Shown piece by piece: positions 24,601 through 37,424 of a stretch of 64,000 bases of DNA. Below the pieces are notes generated by a model. The model had not been told where the DNA came from. It saw nothing but the letters and a program-made list of their open reading frames with translations, and made no database searches. Position 1 is the first letter of the stretch. Every line of letters starts with the position of its first letter. The DNA lies in contig CATNEN010000038.1 of NCBI GenBank assembly GCA_950097015.1, forward strand, positions 620,001-684,000. Direction: 5' to 3'. The DNA is from Macrostomum hystrix. Its lineage: Eukaryota; Animalia; Platyhelminthes. The translations under genes were made by a program, and so were the position numbers.

Positions 24601-26946
24601 GGGGAAGAGTGAAATTTTGGAAGGCGTGACGCTTCTAGGAGAGTGACAAAAGGGAAAGAGTGACATTTCCGGAGAGTGACAAATGGGAAAGAGTGACATT
24701 TCCGGAGAGTGACAAATTGGAAAGAGTGACGTTTCTAGGAGAGTGACAAAAGGGAAAGAGTGACATTTCCGGAGAGTGACAAATGGGAAAGAGTGACATT
24801 TCCGGAGAGTGACAAATTGGAAAGAGTGACGTTTCTAGGAGAGTGACAAATGGGAAAGAGTGCCGTTTCCAGGAGAGTGACAAATGGGAAAGAGTGCCGT
24901 TTCCAGGAGAGTGACACATGGGAAAGAGTGACATTTCCATGAGGAGAGTGGCTCTTCCTGAAGAGCGATAATTCGGAAATAGAGAAATTTCGAAAGGAGT
25001 GACATTTCCAGGAGAGTGACATTTCCAGGAGAGTGACATTTACAGGAGAGTGACATTTTCAGGAGAGTGACATTTCCAGGAGAGTAACATTTCGTAAAGA
25101 GTGACATTTCCAGGAGTAGAGTGACATTTCAAGGAAAGTGACATTTTAGAAAGAGTGACACTTATAGGAGAAAATTGGAAATAGTGACAATTAAGATTGA
25201 GAGACATTTCGGAAAAAAGTGAAATTCTTGGAGAGTGACTTTTATGAAAAGTGAAATTTTGAAATAGTGAAAGTTTAGAATAATGATAACTTTGTAGTCA
25301 AAAGAACTTCATTTAAACGAAAGCTGTCCAACCTGCTCTGTGGCCTCCACCGTCAGCCAGTCGCACTGGACGCCGCGGCTATCGCTGGCAGACTCCTCCG
25401 ATCGAGTCGCCAGCCGCAGACGCTGCGTCGGCGTCGCACTGGGCAGAGGCCGACGCAGCAGCGGCAGGGTGAGCGCGAGTCGAGGCCGTTGTGACGAGCG
25501 CTTGAAGTCCAGAGCCACCCGGTACACGGGCGAGACCAGCAGCTCCTGCTCATGCAGTGGCGGCGAACTGGCTGCCAACTCGGACGTCGGCAGGGCCGAG
25601 ACGGTCATCGATCCTCCGGCTCCGGAGCGCTTGCCGCCGACAATGGCAACGTCGATTAGCTTCAGACGGCCGCCTCCGGGCAGCGGATAGCTGCTGTTGC
25701 TGCTGCTGCTGCGTCCGAGTGTGATGCGCACCGCCGGATGCCTGTCGATGCGGAGAAGATCATTGTGAGAATTTCGCTGCAGACTCTGGTGAAATTACAC
25801 TTGGGAGAGTAAAGACCAAAGGCATTGAAACTGTGGAGAGTGAAAATAAGGCAGCGAAAGAGGAGAGAGATGGGAGATGGGAGAGTGAGAAGGGGATGGG
25901 AGAGTGAGAAGGGAATGGGAGAGTGAGAAGGGGATGGGAGAGTGAGAAGGGGATGGGAGAGTGAGAAGTAGATGGGAGAGTGAGAAGGGGATTGGAGAGT
26001 GAGAAGGGGATGGGAGAGTGAGAAGTAGATGGGAGAGTGAGAAGGGGATGGGAGAGTGAGAAGGGGATGGGAGAGTGAGAAGTAGATGGGAGAGTGAGAA
26101 GGGGATGGGAGAGTGAGAAGTAGATGGGAGAGTGAGAAGGGGATGGGAGAGTGAGAAGGGAATGGGAGAGTGAGAAGGGGATGGGAGAGTGAGAAGGGGA
26201 TGGGAGAGTGAGAAGGGGATGGGAGAGTGAGAAGGGGATGGGAGAGTGAGAAGGGGATGGGAGAGTGAGAAGTAGATGGGAGAGTGAGAAGGGGATGGGA
26301 GAGTGAGAAGGGGATGGGAGAGTGAGAAGTAGATGGGAGAGTGAGAAGGGGATGGGAGAGTGAGAAGTAGATGGGAGAGTGAGAAGGGGATGGGAGAGTG
26401 AGAAGGGGATGGGAGAGTGAGAAGTAGATGGGAGAGTGAGAAGGGGATGGGAGAGTGAGAAGTAGATGGGAGAGTGAGAAGTAGATGGGAGAGTGAGAAG
26501 TAGATGGGAGAGTGAGAAGTAGATGGGAGAGTGAGAAGTAGATGGGAGAGTGAGAAGGGGATGGGAGAGTGAGAAGGGGATTGGAAAGTGAGAAGGGGAT
26601 GGGAGAGTGAGAAGGGGATGGGAGAGTGAGAAGGGGATGGGAGAGTGAGAAGTAGATGGGAGAGTGAGAAGTAGATGGGAGAGTGAGAAGTAGATGGGAG
26701 AGTGAGAAGTAGATGGGAGAGTGAGAAGGGGATGGGAGAGTGAGAAGGGGATTGGAAAGTGAGAAGTAGATGGGAGAGTGAGAAGTAGATGGGAGAGTGG
26801 GAAGTAGAATTATAAGATTCAAACCGTTAGGACACTCACGTGGCCTCAGAAACGGCAGCATCAGAGCTAACATTTACTTTGACACGGGGTTTATTAATGG
26901 CAGCTTTGTGCTTAGCACTGCCGTGGCACTGCTCAGCAACAACCAT
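21617..26946 (-). CDS. DTHD1: Death domain-containing protein 1-like (ZU5-type region plus C-terminal death domain), ~781 aa. Exons 26946-26840, 25741-25333, 24557-24375, 24080-23556, 23321-22861, 22366-22053, 21963-21617
   Basis: ZU5-like segments (LVSPVY; TPGGGLL..KLDPIISVRIPK; LSPVYNFDY..EFKRPITLKLPLP; SVSFEAKHLTRY) and death-domain C-terminus (LAVHLSL...VTYKILTHWKR...LADALARTGRPDLA). All six introns GT-AG and frame-preserving; first exon and start less certain. Confidence 0.78.
23365..23510 (+). mobile_element. Degenerate tRNA-headed SINE-like fragment in a DTHD1-like intron
   Basis: B-box-like GGTAGTTCGAATC followed by TGAGCAAGGC and CTCCCCAATCCAGGGACCGA, similar to family A motifs. Confidence 0.4.
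24600..25260. repeat. Compound degenerate minisatellite (GAGAGTGACATTTCC / GAGTGACAAATGGGAAA), DTHD1-like intron 2
   Basis: Recurring GAGTGAC core at ~17-18 bp spacing. Confidence 0.9.
25865..26805. repeat. 19-bp purine-rich minisatellite (GGGAGAGTGAGAAGGGGAT / ...AAGTAGAT)n, DTHD1-like intron 1
   Basis: Tandem periodicity. Confidence 0.97.
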
Positions 26947-27427
26947 GAGCACACCGCAGCGAAGGGATCTGCTGTTCTGCCAGCCCACTGCATAGCTCTT
27001 ATTTATAACAGTATTCTGAGTACATTCTGTTGCTACTCATTTTGCTTCTCTATAGAATGCAACACAGCAAAGTGCATAACTGCTTTTTTAAGTTTGAGTC
27101 AGGGGCAAGCTCAGTTGTCTCTTGTCTGTCTTCGCCTGACCGCTGCGGCGGAGCGTGCTCAGTTATCTTTAGAAATTGGCTTTTCACACTCTCGCAAGCG
27201 TGGGCTAGACATGACATTTGAGACTGGCCCGTGATTTTGACGAGACGTCAAGACCAGACAATTTCTGAGATAAGGGACAGCCTTATCTACTGGGTGGATC
27301 AGTTTGGGCGCGAAATTAGCGGCGAAATTTTATGGCCCTGAAATCTAATTCAATCATAAAGACTGTCTGCATATCAGTATTTACTCTGACAAAACATGAC
27401 TCGTATATGGCTCATGCCCAAATCTTA

Positions 27428-28650
27428 TCTCCCCTGCCTCTCCTCTCTCCCCTGCCTCTCCTCTCCCCCCTGCCTCTCATCTCACCCCTGCCTCTCCTCT
27501 CAACCCTGCCTCTCCTCTCACCCCTGCCTCTCCTCTCACCCCTGCCTGTCCTCTCACCACTGCCTCTCCTCTCACCCCCGCCTCTCCTCTCACCCCTGCC
27601 TGTCCTCTCACCACTGCCTCTCCTCTCACCCCTGCCTCTCCTCTCACCCCTGCCTCTCCTCTCACCCCTGCCTGTCCTCTCACCACTGCCTCTCCTCTCA
27701 CCCCCGCCTCTCCTCTCACCCCTGCCTGTCCTCTCACCCCTGCCTGTCCTCTCACCCCTGCCTCTCCTCTCAACCCTGCCTCTCCTCTCACCCCTGCCTC
27801 TCCTCTCACCCCTGCCTGTCCTCTCACCACTGCCTCTCCTCTCACCCCCGCCTCTCCTCTCACCCCTGCCTGTCCTCTCACCACTGCCTCTCCTCTCACC
27901 CCCGCCTCTCCTCTCACCCCTGCCTGTCCTCTCACCCCTGCCTGTCCTCTCACCACTGCCTCTCCTCTCACCCCTGCCTCTCATCTGACCCCTGCCTCTC
28001 CTCTCACCCCTGCCTCTCCTCTCACCCCTGCCTGTCCTCTCACCACTGCCTCTCCTCTCACCCCTGCCTTGTCCTCTCACCACTGCCTCTCCTCTCACCC
28101 CTGCCTCTCCTCTCACCACTGCCTCTCATCTGACCCCTGCCTCTCATCTGACCCCTGCCTCTCCTCTCACCACTGCCTCTCCTCTCACCCCGGCCTCTCC
28201 TCTCACCCCGGCCTCTCCTCTTACCCCTGCCTCTCCTCTCACCCCTGCCTGTCCTCTCACCACTGCCTCTCCTCTCACCCCGGCCTCTCCTCTCACCCCT
28301 GCCTCTCCTCTCACCCCTGCCTGTCCTCTCACCACTGCCTCTCCTCTCACCCCTGCCTCTCCTCTCACCTCTGCCTCTCCTCTCACCCCTGCCTCTCCTC
28401 TCACCCCTGCCTGTCCTCTCACCCCTGCCTCTCCTCTCACCCCTGCCTCTCCTCTCACCCCTGCCTTGTCCTCTCACCACTGCCTCTCCTCTCACCCCTG
28501 CCTCTCCTCTCACCCCTGCCTTGTCCTCTCACCACTGCCTCTCCTCTCACCCCTGCCTCTCCTCTCACCCCTGCCTTGTCCTCTCACCACTGCCTCTCCT
28601 CTCACCCCTGCCTCTCCTCTCACCCCTGCCTCTCCTTTCACCCCGGCCTC
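27428..28650. repeat. 18-bp minisatellite (CCCCTGCCTCTCCTCTCA)n
   Basis: Tandem periodicity. Confidence 0.97.
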
Positions 28651-29414
28651 TCCATTCCCTTCCGTGCATAATCGCATAGGGGGCATAAAACTCGTGTTTC
28701 GTGAGCCACTAACTAAATAGTTACTATGAAGCAATATATATATTTATATATAGTTTCTGTTCGTCAAATAATTTTCATTATATTATATTTAATTACAACT
28801 TACCGAAAGCAATCAGAATTCTGCATCTAAAGTTGCGATCAATAAAGGTAAATATTGATATTGTAGAGTTTCGCGCCTCACACACGAAACATTTTATAGG
28901 CGCAATAAGTTGCTTGGTGCACGACAAAGTTGCGCGGCAAAGCTATTTTCTGCGCAAAAGACGCAGCACCAAAAACCCCTCTCTGTGTGCTATTGCCCAG
29001 ACTAAACAGTAGGCTTCGTGCAGTTGCTAGGGCCAGAAAAAAACTCAGATCGCACATGCAGAAAGAATGTTTTCAGACTAAAAAAGTGAGTCAAGAAGGA
29101 TCCGCAAAAGAATTTATTTTTGGAAATTGTCGCCACCCCATAACCAGCTCCACCATTGTCGGCGCTTTTTTGAATGAAAACTTTTTTGCAGAGACAATAC
29201 ACAGCTGAGTTGCTAGACTCAGCGAAATAACTTGACAACTTGTCAATGGCCTGTCACACTCGCTTTATCTTTCCGGTCGGTGTCAAAGCGGGCCTGAAGT
29301 ACGTTTCATGCTACAGGTGTACACACGCATATGGGCATCAAAGGATTAAAAAAATACCTGCCACTATAGAGGCGGAAAAGCCTAATACTTCACTCAGACA
29401 TGCATACCTGGCTC

Positions 29415-32400
29415 ACCTCTCGCCTTCCTTATTATCTTCCTCTCGCCTTCCTTATTATCTGCCTCTCGCCCTCCTTATTATCTGCCTCTCGCCCTCCTTA
29501 TTATCTGCCTCTCGCCCTCCTTATTATCTGCCTCTCGCCCTCCTTATTATCTGCCTCTCGCCCTCCTTATTATCTTCCTCTCGCCCTCCTTATTATCTGC
29601 CTCTCGCCCTCCTTATTATCTGCCTCTCGCCCTCCTTATTATCTTCCTCTCGCCCTCCTTATTATCTTCCTCTCGCCCTTCATATTATCTGCCTCTCGCC
29701 CTCCTTATTATCTTCTCTCGCCATCCTTATTATCATACTCTCGCCCTACTTACTATCTTCTCTTGCCCTCCTTATTATCTTCCTATCGGCCTCATTTTTA
29801 TCGTCTTCTTGCCCCTTAATTATTTGCCTCTCGCTCTACTTAATATCTGCCTATCGCCCTCCTTATTATCTTCCTCTCGCCCTCCTTATTATCTGCCTCT
29901 CGCCCTCCTTATTATCTTCCTCTCGCCCTCCTTATTATCTGCCTCTCGCCCTCCTTATTATCTGCCTCTCGCCCTCCTTATTATCTGCCTCTCGCCCTCC
30001 TTATTATCTTCCTCTCGCCCTCCTTATTATCTGCCTCTCGCCCTCCTTATTATCTTCCTCTCGCCCTCCTTATTATCTTCCTCTCGCCCTCCTTATTATC
30101 TGCCTCTCGCCCTCCTTATTATCTTCCTCTCGCCCTCCTTATTATCTGCCTCTCGCCCTCCTTATTATCTGCCTCTCGCCCTCCTTATTATCTGCCTCTC
30201 GCCCTCCTTATTATCTGCCTCTCGCCCTCCTTATTATCTTCCTCTCGCCCTCCTTATTATCTTCCTCTCGCCCTTCATATTATCTGCCTCTCGCCCTCCT
30301 TATTATCTTCTCTCGCCATCCTTATTATCTTACTCTCGCCCTACTTACTATCTTCTCTTGCCCTCCTTATTATCTTCCTATCGGCCTCATTTTTATCGTC
30401 TTCTTGCCCCATAATTATTTGCCTCTCGCTCTTCTTAATATCTGCCTATCGCCCTCCTTATTATCTTCCTCTCGCCCTCCTTATTATCTGCCTCTCGCCC
30501 TCCTTATTATCTGCCTCTCGCCCTCCTTATTATCTTCCTCTCGCCCTCCTTATTATCTTCCTCTCGCCCTCCTTATTATCTGCCTCTCGCCCTCCTTATT
30601 ATCTTCCTCTCGCCCTCCTTATTATCTGCCTCTCGCCCTCCTTATTATCTGCCTCTCGCCCTCCTTATTATCTGCCTCTCGCCCTCCTTATTATCTGCCT
30701 CTCGCCCTCCTTATTATCTTCCTCTCGCCCTCCTTATTATCTTCCTCTCGCCCTCCTTATTATCTGCCTCTCGCCCTCCTTATTATCTGCCTCTCGCCCT
30801 CCTTATTATCTTCCTCTCGCCCTCCTTATTATCTGCCTCTCGCCCTCCTTATTATCTTCCTCTCGCCCTCCTTATTATCTTCCTCTCGCCCTCCTTATTA
30901 TCTTCCTCTCGCCCTCCTTATTATCTTCCTCTCGCCCTCCTTATTATCTTCAACTCGCCCTCCATATTATCTGCCTCTCGCCCTCCTTATTATCTGCCTC
31001 TCGCCCTCCTTATTATCTTCCTCTCGCCCTCCATATTATCTGCCCTCGCCCTCCTTATTATCTTCTCTCGCCATCCTTATTATCTTACTCTCGCCCTACT
31101 TACTATCTTCTCTTGCCCTCCTTATTATCTTCCTATCGGCCTCATTTTTATCGTCTTCTTGCCCATTAATTATTTGCCTCTCGCTCTTCTTAATATCTGC
31201 CTATCGCCCTCCTTATTATCTTCCTCTCGCCCTCCTTATTATCTGCCTCTCGCCCTCCTTATTATCTGCCTCTCGCCCTCCTTATTATCTTCCTCTCGCC
31301 CTCCTTATTATCTTCCTCTCGCCCTCCTTATTATCTGCCTCTCGCCCTCCTTATTATCTTCCTCTCGCCCTCCTTATTATCTGCCTCTCGCCCTCCTTAT
31401 TATCTGCCTCTCGCCCTCCTTATTATCTGCCTCTCGCCCTCCTTATTATCTGCCTCTCGCCCTCCTTATTATTTTCCTCTCGCCCTCCTTATTATCTTCC
31501 TCTCGCCCTCCTTATTATCTGCCTCTCGCCCTCCTTATTATCTGCCTCTCGCCCTCCTTATTATCTTCCTCTCGCCCTCCTTATTATCTGCCTCTCGCCC
31601 TCCTTATTATCTTCCTCTCGTCCTCCTTATTATCTTCCTCTCGCCATCCTTATTATCTTCCTCTCGCCATCCTTATTATCTTCCTCTCGCCATCCTTATT
31701 ATCTTCCTCTCGCCATCCTTATTATCTTCTCTCGCCCTCCTTATTATCTTCCTCTCGCCATCCTTATTATCTTCCTCTCGCCATCCTTATTATCTTCCTC
31801 TCGCCATCCTTATTATCTTCCTCTCGCCATCCTTATTATCTAATTATCTTCCTCTCGCCCTCCTTATTATCTTCCTCTCGCCCTCCTTATTATCTTCCTC
31901 TCGCCCTCCTTATTATCTTCTCTCGCCCTCCTTATTATCTTCCTCTCGCCATCCTTATTATCTTCCTCTCGCCCTCCTTATTATCTTCTCTCGCCCTCCT
32001 TATTATCTTTCTCTCGCCATCCTTATTATCTAATTATCTTCCTCTCGCCCTCCTTATTATCTTCCTCTCGCCCTCCTTTTTATCTTCCTTTCGCCATCCT
32101 TATTATCTTCCTCTCGCCATCCTTATTATCTTTCTCTCGCCATCCTTATTATCTAATTATCTTCCTCTCGCCCTCCTTATTATCTTCCTCTCGCCCTCCT
32201 TTTATCTTCCTCTCGCCATCCTTATTATCTTCCTCTCGCCATCCTTATTATCTTTCTCTCGCCATCCTTATTATCTTCCTCTCGCCATCCTTATTATCTT
32301 CCTCTCGCCCTCCTTTTTATCTTCCTCTCGCCATCCTTATTATCTTCCTCTCGCCATCCTTATTATCTTTCTCTCGCCATCCTTATTATCTAATTATCTT

Positions 32401-34200
32401 CCTCTCGCCCTCCTTATTATCTTCCTCTCGCCCTCCTTTTATCTTCCTCTCGCCATCCTTATTATCTTCCTCTCGCCATCCTTATTATCTTTCTCTCGCC
32501 ATCCTTATTATCTTCCTCTCGTCATCCTTATTATCTTCCTCTCGCCATCCTTATTATCTAATTATCTTCCTCTCGCCCTCCTTATTATCTTCCTCTCGCC
32601 CTCCTTATTATCTTCCTCTCGCCCTCCTTATTATCTTCTCTCGCCCTCCTTATTATCTTCCTCTCGCCATCCTTATTATCTTCCTCTCGCCCTCCTTATT
32701 ATCTTCTCTCGCCCTCCTTATTATCTTTCTCTCGCCATCCTTATTATCTAATTATCTTCCTCTCGCCCTCCTTATTATCTTCCTCTCGCCCTCCTTTTTA
32801 TCTTCCTCTCGCCATCCTTATTATCTTCCTCTCGCCATCCTTATTATCTTCCTCTCGCCATCCTTATTATCTTCCTCTCGCCATCCTTATTATCTTCTCT
32901 CGCCCTCCTTATTATCTTCCTCTCGCCATCCTTATTATCTTCCTCTCGCCATCCTTATTATCTTCCTCTCGCCATCCTTATTATCTTCCTCTCGCCATCC
33001 TTATTATCTTTCTCTCGCCATCCTTATTATCTTCCTCTCGCCATCCTTATTATCTTCCTCTCGCCATCCTTATTATCTTCCTCTCGCCATCCTTATTATC
33101 TTCCTCTCGCCCTCCTTTTTATCTTCCTCTCGCCATCCTTATTATCTTCCTCTCGCCATCCTTATTATCTTTCTCTCGCCATCCTTATTATCTAATTATC
33201 TTCCTCTCGCCCTCCTTATTATCTTCCTCTCGCCCTCCTTATTATCTAATTATCTTCCTCTCGCCCTCCTTATTATCTTCCTCTCGCCCTCCTTTTATCT
33301 TCCTCTCGCCATCCTTATTATCTTCCTCTCGCCATCCTTATTATCTTTCTCTCGCCATCCTTATTATCTTCCTCTCGCCATCCTTATTATCTTCCTCTCG
33401 CCATCCTTATTATCTAATTATCTTCCTCTCGCCCTCCTTATTATCTTCCTCTCGCCCTCCTTATTATCTTCCTCTCGCCCTCCTTATTATCTTCTCTCGC
33501 CCTCCTTATTATCTTCCTCTCGCCATCCTTATTATCTTCCTCTCGCCCTCCTTATTATCTTCTCTCGCCCTCCTTATTATCTTTCTCTCGCCATCCTTAT
33601 TATCTAATTATCTTCCTCTCGCCCTCCTTATTATCTTCCTCTCGCCCTCCTTTTTATCTTCCTCTCGCCATCCTTATTATCTTCCTCTCGCCATCCTTAT
33701 TATCTTTCTCTCGCCATCCTTATTATCTAATTATCTTCCTCTCGCCCTCCTTATTATCTTCCTCTCGCCCTCCTTTTATCTTCCTCTCGCCATCCTTATT
33801 ATCTTCCTCTCGCCATCCTTATTATCTTTCTCTCGCCATCCTTATTATCTTCCTCTCGCCATCCTTATTATCTAATTATCTTCCTCTCGCCATCCTTATT
33901 ATCTTTCTCTCGCCATCCTTATTATCTTCCTCTCGCCATGCTTATTATCTTCCTCTCGCCATCCTTATTATCTTTCTCTCGCCATCCTTATTATCTAATT
34001 ATCTTCCTCTCGCCCTCCTTTTTATCTTCCTCTCGCCATCCTTATTATCTTCCTCTCGCCCTCCTTATTATCTTCTCTCGTCATCCTTTTTATCTTCCTA
34101 TCGGCCTCATTTTTATCGTCCTCTTGCCCTTTAATTATCTGCCTCTCGCTCTTCTTAATATCTGCCTATCGCCTTCCTTAATTATCTACCCTCGCCCTTC
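29415..34200. repeat. 23-bp minisatellite (TCGCCCTCCTTATTATCTGCCTC)n, ~4.8 kb, with higher-order structure
   Basis: Tandem periodicity; explains the 867-aa and 530-aa pseudo-ORFs. Confidence 0.98.
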
Positions 34201-35225
34201 TTTTAACCTCCCCCTCGGCAGCTCATTATCAATGCTATAATCTATTGTTGCAGTTGAATATCCTGAGCTCACCTATAAATTTCGGCAGATCCAGCAGGCA
34301 GCTGAACAATCTCAGGTGCCTGAGTTGTCGCTGACTCAACGCTACGCATGTTGAAGCTCTGACTAAACAGCGCCAGCCGCCAGTGATGCAACTCAGTCTT
34401 CTGCTACTCAAAAGCAGCTCGCTACCCCTCAGAGACCAGAAAAAATATGAAGTTCTCGCAGCAAGTTTCTGCTGGCCACTTGACAACGATGAACACTCGC
34501 TTCGGCGAGTTGACTTAACTCGGAACAAGCTGAATCGCCCACATGTTATATAAGCAAAATTCCGGCCCCTTAAAACCTGTGTGAAGAATCTGCTTTGGTT
34601 TCGCATTTCGCGAGGCAGAGAATACAGAGCAGGGCAAGCCCGCCTGCCTCCGCCCGAAGGGGGGACGGGGGCCGGCGTACACGATCGCAGGTCGGAATTG
34701 ATAAAATTAAACTGCTCCCTGCGTCATCTTCTCCCCCCCACTGGCTGAAAACGGAGCCTCAAAGTTTGCTCACCAAAGTTTGCTCAAACATAAGCGGACT
34801 TGTACCATGCTTATTTGGTATAATAGACATTGTAATGGTGCTATGAACCCAGCACTACCATTGCAGGCTTGTTTGCTGCCAACGCGGGAGAACACACATC
34901 ATGGCCTTGGCTCTTGACGTGCTTCCATTGTGACAGGGTGGAAGCTAAGCAAATTGTTTTATTTCATGTCTATAGAATAATCGCCTACTCGTTTTTCTGG
35001 CAACCAAAATGCACCGAATTAATTAATTAATTAATTAACTTATCATAAGTCTCATTAATTTACGCAGAACATGGCCTACGAAAAATTAGCATACAGACTA
35101 CGTCGCATACAACTATTTTTTTCAATTTACTAGACTGTCAAGCAGACTACTTGAATCCGTGAAATTTATGCTATTAAAAACTAACCATCATAGAATATCA
35201 GCACACTGTCCCAAGACAATAGCAT

Positions 35226-36384
35226 GAATCCCAAGACACCAACTAGAATCCCAAGACACCAACTAGAATCCCAAGACACCAACTAGAATCCCAAGACACC
35301 AACTAGAATCCCAAGACACCAACTAGAATCCCAAGACACCAACTAGAATCCCAAGACACCAACTAGAATCCCAAGAAACCAACTAGAATCCCAAGACACC
35401 AACTAGAATCCCAAGACACCAACTAGAATCCCAAGACACCAACTAGAATCCCAAGACACCAACTAGAATCCTAAGACACCAGATAGAATCCCAAGACACC
35501 AACTAGAATCCCAAGACACCAGATAGAATCCCAAGACTCCAGATAGAATCCCAAGACACCAACTAGAATCCCAAGACACCAACTAGAATCCCAAGACACC
35601 AACTAGAATCCCAAGACACCAGATAGAATCCCAAGAAAACAACTAGAATCCCAAGACACCATATAGAATCCCAAGACACCAGATAGAATCCCAAGACACC
35701 AACTAGAATCCCAAGACACCAGATAGAATCCCAAGACACCATCTAGAATCCCAAGACACCAGATAGAATCCCAAGACACCAGATAGAATCCCAAAGACAC
35801 CAGATAGAATCCCAAGACACCAACTAGAATCCCAAGACACCAGATAGAATCCCAAGACACCAACTAGAATCCCAAGACACCAGATAGAATCCCAAGACAC
35901 CAACTAGAATCCCAAGACACCAACTAGAATCCCAAGACACCAACTAGAATCCCAAGACACCAACTAGAATTCCAAGACACCAACTAGAATCCCAAGACAC
36001 CAACTAGAATCCCAAGACACCAGATAGAATCCCAAGACACGAGATATAATCCCAAGACACCATATAGAATCCCAAGACACCAGATAGAATCCCAAGACAC
36101 CAACTAGAATCCCAAGACACCAGATAGAATCCCAAGACACCAGATAGAATCCCAAGACTCCAGATAGAATCCCAAGACACCAACTAGAATCCCAAGACAC
36201 CAACTAGAATCCCAAGACACCAACTAGAATCCCAAGACACCAACTAGAATCCCAATACACCAACTAGAATCCCAAGACACCAACTAGAATCCCAAGACAC
36301 CAACTAGAATCCCAAGACACCAGATAGAATCCCAAGACACCAGATAGAATCCCAAGACTCCAGATAGAATCCCAAGAGACCAGA
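35226..36384. repeat. 20-bp minisatellite (AACTAGAATCCCAAGACACC)n
   Basis: Tandem periodicity with AAC/AGA variants. Confidence 0.98.
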
Positions 36385-36952
36385 ATTTCAAAAACCTGGT
36401 GTCTTGGAATTATAATTTAACGGCATATTAAGATACCTGAGATATTTAATAGGTAGATACTTAAAACAGGAAAATAATAAAGACAAAATCCATAAGCAAT
36501 TTTTCGTTTGTGTTTATCTAATTGATTTTGAAGCTAAATTTTCTTGCACACTACTTGAAGTTAGCCCTGGACAATGAACTATAAAGAAATATTAACGATT
36601 TGTTAAGGTGAAACATTTATTTTATTTTCAAAATTAACAATAATGTTTTGCCCATCTAAATTAAACACACTCAAAAGTTGTTGATGCATGAATGACTTTT
36701 TTATTAAGAGGCACAGTGCTAAACACACTACTATCGTACTGTAATGCTGAAATAGTAGTCTGATAGGACTTTCATTCTCCGGTGCTATGAACTCTGATCT
36801 GGCAGTAATTAGGCCCCAGAAAACGGAAAGGTTGAATATGTTAGGGGCGCATTGTGATAAACTAAGTGAATTAACATACACTACTACCGTTATTAGTTGC
36901 AGTCAAGTTAGTCTGTCTGTTTTTCTCACTGACGAGGCCCAGCGGATAGATT

Positions 36953-37318
36953 CTACTCGTCGCTGTCCGGTCCGGGATAAACAGCGGGATGCTTCTGGAA
37001 CAGGTACTCAAACAGGGGCTGCTTGCCGTTGCCCCAGGGGAAGGGCTTGGTGATGCGGTTCCACTCCCAGGTGGGCAGCGGCGGGCCGTCCGGGTGTTTC
37101 TCGTGAAAGTCATGCTCCCTGGCCTCCATGTTGTAGATGCCAAACACGATGCAGGGCAGGGCCACAAGAAAGCTCATTGCGCCCCACATCTTGGCCGTCT
37201 TCTCGTAGCTGGCTCTCTCGGCCTCGCTGATGACAAAGTGGCTGCTGGAGCGGCTGTTCTGGGCCGCCAGGGCCGAGCGGGCGAGCCGAGCAGCGCTGAG
37301 CAGTTTCAGAGACTGCAT
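36953..37318 (-). CDS. COX6A: Cytochrome c oxidase subunit 6A, 121 aa, intronless CDS
   Basis: Basic mitochondrial presequence MQSLKLLSAARLARS, TM segment KMWGAMSFLVALPCIVFG, signature RITKPFPWGNGKQPLF. Confidence 0.9.
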   Translation of the reverse strand: MQSLKLLSAARLARSALAAQNSRSSSHFVISEAERASYEKTAKMWGAMSFLVALPCIVFGIYNMEAREHDFHEKHPDGPPLPTWEWNRITKPFPWGNGKQPLFEYLFQKHPAVYPGPDSDE

Positions 37319-37424
37319 GGCTGAGTAGCTGCGGGATGAGCGGCAGTGGCTGACCTGGCTCACACCCATTCTAATTGTAACTGGTGAGTAGAGCGACAGG
37401 TGGGTGTGACCGCTAAGATCTCAA

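Noticed and set aside
27300-27330. E2F-like GGCGCGAAA / GGCGAAA motifs upstream of the DTHD1-like gene
   Set aside because: Short motifs with no TSS evidence; cannot be supported from sequence alone.
29240-32751. Very long ORFs (867 aa, 530 aa) and similar ORFs at 1372, 11282, 25662, 27332, 37757, 47694, 59533 and 60976
   Set aside because: They are translations of stop-free minisatellite units, often open in several frames, lying in introns or spacers.
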